Source: Candidatus Berkelbacteria bacterium (GTDB taxonomy: Bacteria > Patescibacteriota > UBA1384 > 2-12-FULL-50-11). Taken from it: a DNA stretch of 46,879 nt. Positions 9,791 to 17,767 of the stretch are shown here, piece after piece. The notes below the pieces were generated by a model. It saw nothing but the letters and a program-made list of their open reading frames with translations. It did not search any database and was not told the origin of the DNA. The stretch lies in the NCBI GenBank assembly GCA_024654065.1, contig JANLIQ010000017.1, forward strand, positions 1-46,879, read 5' to 3'. The translations under genes and the position numbers were made by a program. Positions within the stretch are counted from its first letter, which is position 1. Every line of letters begins with the position of its first letter.

Positions 9791-12720
9791 ACGCCGCAGC
9801 AATTAACCTATTCTTTACCGCATTCTTTTTGTTTGGAGCAATACTACTCTGGTATCGTGCGGCACGCTTCCGTCGTAAAATTAACTGGGAAGAGCCAACA
9901 ACTTATACCTTGCTTTGTATTTCTGTCCCGAAGAATAACGAGCGAACTCCCCAGGCTGCCGAGCAAATGTTTGCAGCAATGCATGGAATCTTTCGCTCGG
10001 ATGCCAGCGATCAACCCCACATTAGCTTTGAAGTCGTTTCCAAGGCCCATGCGATCAATTTTTACGCTTACGTGCCAACAGACTTAAGGGACTTTGTGTC
10101 CAGTCAGATTTTTTCTCAATACCCAACTGTTGAGATTAGAGAAGTAGCACCAGATGGTGATTACGCTCAGCTTAGTGACGAAAAGCATATTGCGGCCACT
10201 GAACTTGACTTAAAAAAACCAACAGCCTTTCCTATTAAGACTTTTCAAAACTTCGAAGTGGATCCGCTCTCGTCAATTACTGGAGTTCTAGGGTCAATAA
10301 ATGAGCAAGAAGAAGTCTGGGTGCAAGTTCTGATAAAACCTATTGATGACGACTGGCAAGAATTGGGGAAGGCAGAAATTAAGAAAATTAAAGAGCCCTT
10401 CAAGGCAATGAGCTTGTGGGAGCTGACAAAAAAAGAGCTGAAAACCTTTGCCTTCGACTTAACCAAGCACGTCGTCATGGGCCCTCCAGCAGAGGATAAG
10501 AAGAAAGACGACAAAAAGAAAGATGACAAAGAGAGTCCAGAAAACGCTGCTGCCAAAGCAATCGAGGAAAAAATTACCAAGCTTGGCTTTGCTACCAACA
10601 TCCGAATATTAGCTGCTTCCACTGATGAGTATTCGGCTAGGGCAAAACTCGAACAGGTAGTGGGAGCTTTTAAGCAGTTCAACACTATCAATCTCAACGC
10701 TTTCGTCTCTAAAGACATCACCAGCGATCGAGAAGCCCACCAGCTATTCGCAAGCAGAACCTTCGGAGATAGCTCGATGATTTTTAACATTACGGAGCTT
10801 GCGTCGATCTATCACTACCCATCGCTGACCGTTGCTACGCCAACAATTGCCTGGGCGGGTTCAAAAAAAGGTGAGCCACCCGCCAACTTGCCGCTAGAGG
10901 GATCTGTCCCGGCAGACGAGTTGACCGTTTTTGGTCAGACCAACTTTCGTAGTGAGGTAAAAAGATTTGGTATTAAAAAGAAAGACCGGAGATTACATAT
11001 GTACATCATCGGAAAGACTGGTACTGGTAAGTCTACGTTGATGGAGAATATGATTATTGACGATATTACAGAGGGTAGGGGACTGGCGGTAGTTGACCCA
11101 CATGGTTCGTTGATAGAACACGTTTTGGAATTTATTCCTGAGCACAGACTGCAGGATGTTGTTTACTTCAACCCAGCCGACCGTGAATTCCCAGTCGGTT
11201 TCAACTTACTTGAGAATGTAGATCCCGAGCAAAAGAACCTCGTTGCTTCCGGAGTGGTCGGAATCATGGAGAAAATCTTTGGTGAGATCTCTTGGGGGCC
11301 GCGGTTAGAGTATATTTTACGCAATGTTATCTTGGCATTGCTGGAGTATCCCAACTCAACTTTCATGGGTATCATGCGCATACTAACGGATAACGCCTAT
11401 CGTAGGATGGTTTTAAATGAAGTGAAGGATCCAGTCATTCGCGACTTCTTTATTAACGAGTACGAAAAGTATGAACCTAAATTCCGTACTGAAGCCATCG
11501 CGCCGATTCAAAATAAGGTCGGTCAATTCTTGTCGGCTTCAACGATCCGTAACATTGTCGGTCAGCCTAAATCAACTGTTGATATCCGTCAGGTAATGGA
11601 TGAAGGTAAGATTTTACTTTGCGATTTATCTATAGGTAAGATTGGCGAGGATAATTCGGCTCTTCTGGGATCTATGTTAATTACCAAGATTCAGTTGGCG
11701 GCAATGGGTCGAGTGAATATAGCCGAGGACCAGAGGCGAGACTTCTACCTTTATGTGGACGAATTTCAGAATTTTGCTACCGAATCTTTCGCTACAATTC
11801 TCTCAGAGGCGCGCAAATATCGACTCAATTTAGCGATGGCCAACCAGTACACCGCGCAGATGCCTGAGAGCGTTTCTAATGCTGTTTTCGGCAACGTCGG
11901 AACGATGATAAGCTTCCGAGTCGGCGCACAAGATGCACAATTATTAGTTAAAGAGTATGAGCCAGTCTTTGATGTCAACGATTTAGTAAATTTGGATAAT
12001 TACCAGATCTACTTGAAGATGGCTATCGACGGTGTGACTGTGCCTGCCTTCTCGGCAGGGACTCTGCCACCACGATCTGAGAAGACCAACTTAACCGAGC
12101 AGATTATCGCTAACAGCAGGCAGATGTACTCACGTCCAGTCGAAGAAGTGGAGGATTACATTACTGAGTGGTCAAGTCCTATTAACCTCTCCGACCCCTC
12201 AAAGCAACCAATACCTCAGCCTTACGAAGAGCTAAAGACTAAAGCCGATGCCTTTGCTGGACCGGAAGGGGGACTGAAAGCAGGGGATAGCGAAGAGAAA
12301 AAAGAAGTGGCACTTGAAGGTAAAAGCAGGGGAGAGGGCGAAGAAAAAACTTCAGTTGCCAAAGATCCGGGTAGGGGGTCTACTTTACCAGCTGGTATGA
12401 AAACAGAGATCATTAAAGATAGGTTCGACCGACCTTGGTACGCCGTAACACAGGGCATAGGGGAGGAGGTCGAAGAAGCTGAAACGGAAAGAACCCCGAT
12501 AGTTGAACAACCGCAACAAACTGTATCTGAAGTGGGGGAGAATCTTGAAAAAAACACAGACCTCGATACTCAGAGCGGGGGAGAGGCCACAGAAAGTGAC
12601 CAATTAATTAGTTGGGACGATGCTGAGAAGCTAGGTATTCAGGTGAAAATGGAGCCAAATGACGGTCTAAATAATACCGCTGACGATCAGGGCCTAACAC
12701 CTTTAGACGAAATCCGTTAA
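9787..12720 (+). CDS. membrane-anchored P-loop ATPase, same family, paralog 2, with an acidic low-complexity C-terminal tail
   Basis: ATGA overlap with paralog 1. Walker A GKTGTGKST, Walker B FYLYVDEFQNF, then GNVGTMISFRVG. A KKDDKKKDDK insert is present, and the last ~190 aa are rich in E/D/G/T. Confidence 0.8.
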   Translation: MNAAAINLFFTAFFLFGAILLWYRAARFRRKINWEEPTTYTLLCISVPKNNERTPQAAEQMFAAMHGIFRSDASDQPHISFEVVSKAHAINFYAYVPTDLRDFVSSQIFSQYPTVEIREVAPDGDYAQLSDEKHIAATELDLKKPTAFPIKTFQNFEVDPLSSITGVLGSINEQEEVWVQVLIKPIDDDWQELGKAEIKKIKEPFKAMSLWELTKKELKTFAFDLTKHVVMGPPAEDKKKDDKKKDDKESPENAAAKAIEEKITKLGFATNIRILAASTDEYSARAKLEQVVGAFKQFNTINLNAFVSKDITSDREAHQLFASRTFGDSSMIFNITELASIYHYPSLTVATPTIAWAGSKKGEPPANLPLEGSVPADELTVFGQTNFRSEVKRFGIKKKDRRLHMYIIGKTGTGKSTLMENMIIDDITEGRGLAVVDPHGSLIEHVLEFIPEHRLQDVVYFNPADREFPVGFNLLENVDPEQKNLVASGVVGIMEKIFGEISWGPRLEYILRNVILALLEYPNSTFMGIMRILTDNAYRRMVLNEVKDPVIRDFFINEYEKYEPKFRTEAIAPIQNKVGQFLSASTIRNIVGQPKSTVDIRQVMDEGKILLCDLSIGKIGEDNSALLGSMLITKIQLAAMGRVNIAEDQRRDFYLYVDEFQNFATESFATILSEARKYRLNLAMANQYTAQMPESVSNAVFGNVGTMISFRVGAQDAQLLVKEYEPVFDVNDLVNLDNYQIYLKMAIDGVTVPAFSAGTLPPRSEKTNLTEQIIANSRQMYSRPVEEVEDYITEWSSPINLSDPSKQPIPQPYEELKTKADAFAGPEGGLKAGDSEEKKEVALEGKSRGEGEEKTSVAKDPGRGSTLPAGMKTEIIKDRFDRPWYAVTQGIGEEVEEAETERTPIVEQPQQTVSEVGENLEKNTDLDTQSGGEATESDQLISWDDAEKLGIQVKMEPNDGLNNTADDQGLTPLDEIR

Positions 12721-12970
12721 AAAGCCTCCCCTCTCCCAGGCGGAGAATTGTGTCAAATTTCAATTTTTATTTCGAATTCCCCTACCTAGCCTCAGGGGGA
12801 GAGTGGTGTAAATACAGCTGAAATTAGCACTCTTTTTGAGACCCCTCTCGTATTTGATTAATTACACTTTTCCCCTGTTTTAGTAACTCGTGGCGCATAA
12901 TCTACATTGTCCGTCATAAGTAATGTAAAGTTTCTGTTATACTATCCGGGTATTCTCGTGGAGGTCTCTT

Positions 12971-13174
12971 ATGAAACGATGCGATACCCTATTCGCTCTT
13001 CGCTGTTTCTTAACTGTTACGATCTGCCTGATAATTCTATCGGCTTTGACTTGGTTCGGTCCAAATCAATCGTTTCGGGATTCACGTCCTTGGTTCGTGT
13101 CGATGGCACTCGCAGGAATAGTCTTGTGTGTGGTCATCCTCAGGGACCTGAAGCAGCTTCCAAAGGACAGATAG
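12971..13174 (+). CDS. small two-TM membrane protein (hypothetical)
   Basis: GGAGG lies 7 nt upstream of the ATG. 67 aa with two hydrophobic segments. It sits alone in a 620-bp gap. Confidence 0.4.
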   Translation: MKRCDTLFALRCFLTVTICLIILSALTWFGPNQSFRDSRPWFVSMALAGIVLCVVILRDLKQLPKDR

Positions 13175-13177
13175 CCA

Positions 13178-13206
13178 ATGCCCGTCAGCTTCGGTTGGCG
13201 GGCATA
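13178..13206. terminator. stable 12-bp hairpin with a UUCG loop (no clear U-tract)
   Basis: ATGCCCGTCAGC-TTCG-GTTGGCGGGCAT, immediately after the small ORF. Confidence 0.4.
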
Positions 13207-13338
13207 AACATATACTACGAACCAGGAAAAACATATTTTACGGTCAAATATACGTTCTAAGCCACGCAAAATTTTTCGATGATTAGTTCATCGTCTAGAC
13301 AGCAAAAATAATCAGTACTAACCGCAGTAACGGCAAAC

Positions 13339-14259
13339 TTAGATGTGTTTGCCGTTGCGACTAATGCGATTTTGCCACACAACTAGTAGCGGCGTTGCGG
13401 TAAAGACTGAAGAGTAAGTTCCGATGGCAATACCAACCAGTAGTGTTACTACAAATCCTCTGATACTTGCTCCGCCCAAGATCGTCAAAGCTGTCAAAGT
13501 GAATATGACAGTAAGACTTGTTGCTAACGACCGGTTTAATGTTTGGCTCAGTGACATATCCGCAATAGTTTCAAAACCAACGTTTTCTCCTTTGTGCTTT
13601 AAGAGGTTCTCTCGAACTCGATCAAAGACAACGATGGTATCATGAACCGAGAATCCCATTACAGTTAGCAAGGCAGTAATAAAAGAGGCGTCAACCTCAA
13701 AATGGAAAAAGTGAGCTAGGATTGCGAATACGCCTGCTGTAATAACCAGGTCGTGTAGTAGCGCGACAACCGCTACGACCCCAAATCTCCAGGATGATAC
13801 AGGGTAGGTAACTGCTCGAAAAGCGTAGGCCAGGTAAAGAATAATGAACACCGAGGCAAGTATAACGGCGATAATCGCCTTTCTGGTAATGTCTCGGCTG
13901 ACACTCGGTCCAACCAGCTGATACTGTCGCTCGGTAACGGTACCAAAATCTTCTCCAAGTTTTTTGATAATAACCTTATGTTGATCGTCAGTTATTGGCA
14001 GCATTCGCATTGTCATAACCGACTGATCCGTTTTGCTTACTACTAACCCCTTAACATCTGGGTACTGACTTACCTTCTGTCGTAGGTCGGTCTCCCCTAC
14101 CTGTTGATCAAAACTTAGATCCATCTGAGCCCCACCTTTGAAATCGATTCCTAGAGGTAGCTTCCAGATAACCAGGAAAACTATGCCGATTACAAATAAC
14201 GCAATCGAAATCGTAAACCAGACCTTTTTCTTTTTACCTAAGAATAAATAATTTTCCAT
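13339..14259 (-). CDS. secF: protein translocase subunit SecF
   Basis: Six-TM SecF-like sequence (GIDFKGG, ILYLAYAFR, VHDTIVVFDRVREN). Overlaps the secD stop by 1 nt. Confidence 0.92.
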   Translation of the reverse strand: MENYLFLGKKKKVWFTISIALFVIGIVFLVIWKLPLGIDFKGGAQMDLSFDQQVGETDLRQKVSQYPDVKGLVVSKTDQSVMTMRMLPITDDQHKVIIKKLGEDFGTVTERQYQLVGPSVSRDITRKAIIAVILASVFIILYLAYAFRAVTYPVSSWRFGVVAVVALLHDLVITAGVFAILAHFFHFEVDASFITALLTVMGFSVHDTIVVFDRVRENLLKHKGENVGFETIADMSLSQTLNRSLATSLTVIFTLTALTILGGASIRGFVVTLLVGIAIGTYSSVFTATPLLVVWQNRISRNGKHI

Positions 14260-15524
14260 TAGATCTTTTCTAGTTGCCTCTCCCCTACCTTGGACATCGA
14301 CAGAATTCTCAAGAATGCTCGACTAGCCGTAATCGAACTAAACAGTGAGACTATTACACCGAGCGCTAGGGTAAAAGCAAATCCCCTGATTGAGCCCGTT
14401 GTGGTGTAATACAAGATCACACATGTAATGATAGTTGAGGCGTTAGAGTCACGAACCGAAGGCCAAGCCCTGCGGAAGGCTTCTTCTAGAGCAATCTTTA
14501 AGACCTTCCCCTCTCTTAGTTCTTCCCGCAATCTCTCAAAAATTAGAATATTTGCATCGACTGCCATACCTATAGAAAGAATAAACCCGGCAATACCAGC
14601 CAATGTCAGTGTTACGGGTATTATTTTAAACAGGGCTAGAGTTATGAGTGCATAGCCGGTTAATGCCAGGACAGCAATGAATCCAGCTAACCGATAATTA
14701 AATACCATAAATAAAGCAACCAATATTAAGCCAATGATACCAGCTACTAGAGATTTCTTTACGGAGTCAGCACCCAGCATTGCCCCGACAGTATGTTGTT
14801 CAATTAATTTAATCGGTACATCGAGTGCGCCTGCGTTGAGTAGACTAACCAATTGTTTAACTTGATCAATAGTAAACTGGCCAGTAATGACTGCATCCCC
14901 TGAATCAATTTTTTGTTGGACATTTGGTGCCGAAAGGACCTGGTCGTCTAAAAATATTGCTACCTGTTTGTTGACGTTGCGGCCGGTAATCTCACCAAAC
15001 AGTCGTTTACCATCGTCATTAAATTGAAGACCGACTTGTGGGGCGTTGGTGGTTTGATCAAAACTAACCTGAGCCCTCTTGAGTTGCTTGCCTGTGAGCC
15101 CTGTAGGTAACCACTTAACATCATTTTCAGTAGAAGATGGATCCAACTCCTTAAACTCCAGCTGAGCAGTTTTACCAATTAGATCGGTGGCCTGCTGAAC
15201 GTCTTTAATACCAGGAAGTTCAACTACAATTGTATTAGTTGTCCCGACTTTAGCTGGTTGAATCAACGGCTCAGAAACACCCGTACCGTTCACCCTTCTC
15301 TCAATGACCTGTCGCGTAGATTCAATTGCGTTAGATTTCTCACTATCCGCAGTTTTGGAGAGGTCGAGCTCATATGCCAGGCGGACCCCACCTTGCAGAT
15401 CAAGTCCCTGTCTGACTGGTAGATCACGACCTAAAAACTTTCCCGTAGCCGGAAAAGAGATATATCCCGACAAGCCAATAACTGCCAGGATCAATAGTAG
15501 TCCGATCCAAAAGCTACGTTTCAT
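14259..15524 (-). CDS. secD: protein translocase subunit SecD
   Basis: Contains LGLDLQGG-type motifs and C-terminal TM bundle motifs (AGIAGFILSIGMAVDANILIFERLREE). Confidence 0.92.
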   Translation of the reverse strand: MKRSFWIGLLLILAVIGLSGYISFPATGKFLGRDLPVRQGLDLQGGVRLAYELDLSKTADSEKSNAIESTRQVIERRVNGTGVSEPLIQPAKVGTTNTIVVELPGIKDVQQATDLIGKTAQLEFKELDPSSTENDVKWLPTGLTGKQLKRAQVSFDQTTNAPQVGLQFNDDGKRLFGEITGRNVNKQVAIFLDDQVLSAPNVQQKIDSGDAVITGQFTIDQVKQLVSLLNAGALDVPIKLIEQHTVGAMLGADSVKKSLVAGIIGLILVALFMVFNYRLAGFIAVLALTGYALITLALFKIIPVTLTLAGIAGFILSIGMAVDANILIFERLREELREGKVLKIALEEAFRRAWPSVRDSNASTIITCVILYYTTTGSIRGFAFTLALGVIVSLFSSITASRAFLRILSMSKVGERQLEKI

Positions 15525-16573
15525 AGATATTTATGCTTACCAAGCTCATCTAACTTTTCTACCAGTTTCTTGACGTCTTGAACAGAGTCTCGTTGACAGA
15601 CCAGAATGGCTTCGTCCGTCTCGATGATAACTGCATCCTTAATACCAACTGTCGCAATGAGTTTATTCTGACCGATAATCAGAGAATTCTCGGAATTAAT
15701 ACCTTCGTGGGTTCCAACTACAATATTGCTCGTATCGTTCTTCTCTAACAGAATTTGATAGAGCGCCTCCCATGACCCTAAATCGCTCCACTGGACACTC
15801 GCTGGGATAACAGCAACGTGTTTTGCCTTTTCAACAATGGCACTGTCAAACGGTAATGACGGTACCAATTCGTAAGTGCTGTTTTGTGAATTAGCTCTAA
15901 ACTTCGAAACTTCCTCACTAATCTGAGGGGCGTGTTCTATGAATAGTTTATTGATTGTTTTAGCTACTCCAAAGAAGCACCCAGAATTCCAGAGAAACTT
16001 ACCGCTACGAATAAATCGTTTAGCTGTTTTAAGGTCAGGTTTTTCAAGAAATCTTTTTACTGAAAGGACCGTCTCTTTATTTTCAGAGAAGGGCTTACCA
16101 ACTTCTATGTAACCGTACCCGGTATTAGGTTCGGTGGCCTGGATACCTAGTGTTAGTAAGGTATCTTGGTGTTTGTCGCAAAAATTAAAAGCATTTTTAC
16201 AAATGGCCTGAAACTCCTTCGGTAAGCCAATGTAGTGATCGGATGGGAAAATCGCAAGAACAGCATCTTTGTCAATCTCAGTAATTGTTTGAGCGGCCAA
16301 GCTGATCGCGGCGGCCGTGTTCCGCCCTACAGGTTCAGAGATAATCCGATCAAGCTCAAGCTTTGGCAGTTGGGCTTTAGTTTGGGCAGCGTGATCAACT
16401 ACGGTAACTAACCAAACATTTTTTTCGCCCACTAGCTTTGCTGCACGTTCAAAAGTTTGCTGAAGTAAGGATTTCTTACCTAAGAAGTTTTGGAATTGTT
16501 TTGGCGAGCTACGGCGCGAGAAGGGCCAAAGGCGGGTTCCCACTCCCCCAGCTAATATTACAGCATGCTTCAT
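15521..16573 (-). CDS. mannose-1-phosphate guanylyltransferase (nucleotidyltransferase domain only)
   Basis: N-terminus MKHAVILAGGVGTRLWPFSRRSSPKQF. 350 aa. 4-nt overlap with secD. Confidence 0.8.
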   Translation of the reverse strand: MKHAVILAGGVGTRLWPFSRRSSPKQFQNFLGKKSLLQQTFERAAKLVGEKNVWLVTVVDHAAQTKAQLPKLELDRIISEPVGRNTAAAISLAAQTITEIDKDAVLAIFPSDHYIGLPKEFQAICKNAFNFCDKHQDTLLTLGIQATEPNTGYGYIEVGKPFSENKETVLSVKRFLEKPDLKTAKRFIRSGKFLWNSGCFFGVAKTINKLFIEHAPQISEEVSKFRANSQNSTYELVPSLPFDSAIVEKAKHVAVIPASVQWSDLGSWEALYQILLEKNDTSNIVVGTHEGINSENSLIIGQNKLIATVGIKDAVIIETDEAILVCQRDSVQDVKKLVEKLDELGKHKYL

Positions 16574-16606
16574 GAGCCCCTAGTTTAACAGATTGAAACT
16601 CAGGTC

Positions 16607-17302
16607 TCAACTAGGAAGATTTATTTTCAAACTCTGTAGCACTCGCACTAAGTCCTCAGGGGGTGGAGCAATAAACTGGGTGTCATCTAACTCAATCTTC
16701 CAGGCATGTAGAAACTGTCGGTGTAGATTTAGAGAATCAGATATTTTACCGGAGAGTTTACTGCCGTAGATTCTGTCGCCAATTATTGGATGACCAATAC
16801 TTTGTAGGTGAACCCGGATTTGATGTGTACGACCAGTTACGGGATGGCACTCAACCAAGCTTACTTTCTCCTTCTCCCACTCCCCTACCGCTAGACGTGT
16901 GTAATTTGTAATTGCAGGACGAGCCTTAAGGCTTGGCAGTAGCACAACACGTTGACGATCGTTTCGATTATCGCGCTCGATAGCTAGTTCGATGCCACCC
17001 TCGGTCTGTACCTCTCCTGTGACTAGTGCTAAGTAAGTTTTTTTGACTGCTCTCCCCTGCCAGGTTTTCTGTATGTCTTTTTGGGCTAACTCATTTTTCG
17101 CCCATATCAATACTCCCGAAGTTTCAACATCAAGCCGATGAACAATACCATAACGATCCATGTCCTTTATGGCATATATGTCATAAAGTGTATTGAGCCA
17201 GTCACTGATTGATGGATAATTTAGGTGTGGCTCAACCGAATAGCCAGCTGGTTTATTAATGACATAATAATCGGAGTTTTCGGTGATAAGAGTGGGTTGC
17301 AT
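16607..17302 (-). CDS. RluA-family 23S/tRNA pseudouridine synthase
   Basis: Contains YYVINKPAG and the HRLDVETSGVLIWAK catalytic motif. The start is moved to ATG 17302, which has a TATAAT 6 nt upstream. Track codons 17303-17350 lie inside an RNA hairpin. Confidence 0.85.
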   Translation of the reverse strand: MQPTLITENSDYYVINKPAGYSVEPHLNYPSISDWLNTLYDIYAIKDMDRYGIVHRLDVETSGVLIWAKNELAQKDIQKTWQGRAVKKTYLALVTGEVQTEGGIELAIERDNRNDRQRVVLLPSLKARPAITNYTRLAVGEWEKEKVSLVECHPVTGRTHQIRVHLQSIGHPIIGDRIYGSKLSGKISDSLNLHRQFLHAWKIELDDTQFIAPPPEDLVRVLQSLKINLPS

Positions 17303-17328
17303 TGCATTATTATATATTGAAACTGGCC

Positions 17329-17691
17329 CCACCGCCGATCCGAAGATCATTGGTGGAGCCGAGTTGTCGTTCGAGCAGCTGTGGTTCGCTGCAGCACTCC
17401 CGATTTCGGGGTCCGGAGAACGACTTCCGGTGGCACAATCATGCGGTCAGTACCCTCCGCCGCTAACCCCAAATTTTTTGGATAAAGGGGTCGATTGTGG
17501 AAGACCGAAGTAACCGAATTAGTCCGATAGATTGAGCTACTTCTCGCTCTCTCCCGTAAAGACTTTTCCGGCCGGACACTGCCGATAAGGGTAAGCGACA
17601 CCCCTCAAGGCGACCATCTTTGCCCTGCCTATTGGCAGCAACTCATTGAGGTCATCCAACTAAGACTTGTCCGTTTTGTCCTGTTGTAACA
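17329..17691 (-). ncRNA. unassigned structured RNA candidate (~360 nt), class not determined
   Basis: ~58-60% GC. Preceded by TTGACA-17-TAGCAT on the minus strand. Contains multiple hairpins. Includes ..CUCGGCUCCACCA followed by a UUCG-capped hairpin at 17329-17356. No credible ORF. Confidence 0.4.
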
Positions 17692-17697
17692 AATAGA

Positions 17698-17726
17698 ATG
17701 CTACCATAAAATACCTTGACTGTCAA
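17698..17726 (-). promoter_or_regulatory. sigma70-like promoter TTGACA-17-TAGCAT for the unassigned RNA
   Basis: The -35 box is the reverse complement of 17721-17726 and the -10 box is the reverse complement of 17698-17703. Confidence 0.5.
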
Positions 17727-17743
17727 GGGTCTTGGCCTAAATT
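17716..17743 (+). promoter_or_regulatory. sigma70-like promoter TTGACT-16-TAAATT for the helicase-nuclease gene
   Basis: Its -35 box overlaps the opposite-strand -35 box within the palindrome CCTTGACTGTCAAGG (17714-17728). Confidence 0.45.
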
Positions 17744-17767
17744 TCAAAACCAGTTAAGCTGACTTCG

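Noticed and set aside
10245-10790. 181-aa minus-strand ORF, and similar antisense ORFs, within the ATPase genes.
   Set aside because: They are antisense to strongly supported CDS with clear Walker motifs. Their low-complexity Ser/Phe/Leu content is typical of the mirror of Lys/Glu-rich coding sequence.
12907-13260. 117-aa ORF in the large gap.
   Set aside because: It has no ATG start, no RBS and a non-protein-like sequence. The overlapping 67-aa frame with GGAGG is the better candidate.
17351-17604. tmRNA on the minus strand. The RNA ends in GGCUCCACCA and a GGGGUGUCGC lies ~250 nt upstream.
   Set aside because: I could not build a T-arm (no GGUUCGA-like loop with a 5-bp stem abutting the acceptor strand). 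The candidate 5' strand pairs at only 5 of 7 positions. There is no UUCGAC element, and no reading frame ends in an Ala-rich tag followed by a stop. It is kept only as an unassigned RNA.
17329-17691. RNase P RNA or SRP RNA in the rluA-helicase gap.
   Set aside because: ACGACAACUCGGCU loosely resembles the P4 3' strand region. However, there is no matching GGAAAGUCC-type partner, no P8 UAACG hairpin, and no SRP GGAA/AGCA helix-8 motif.
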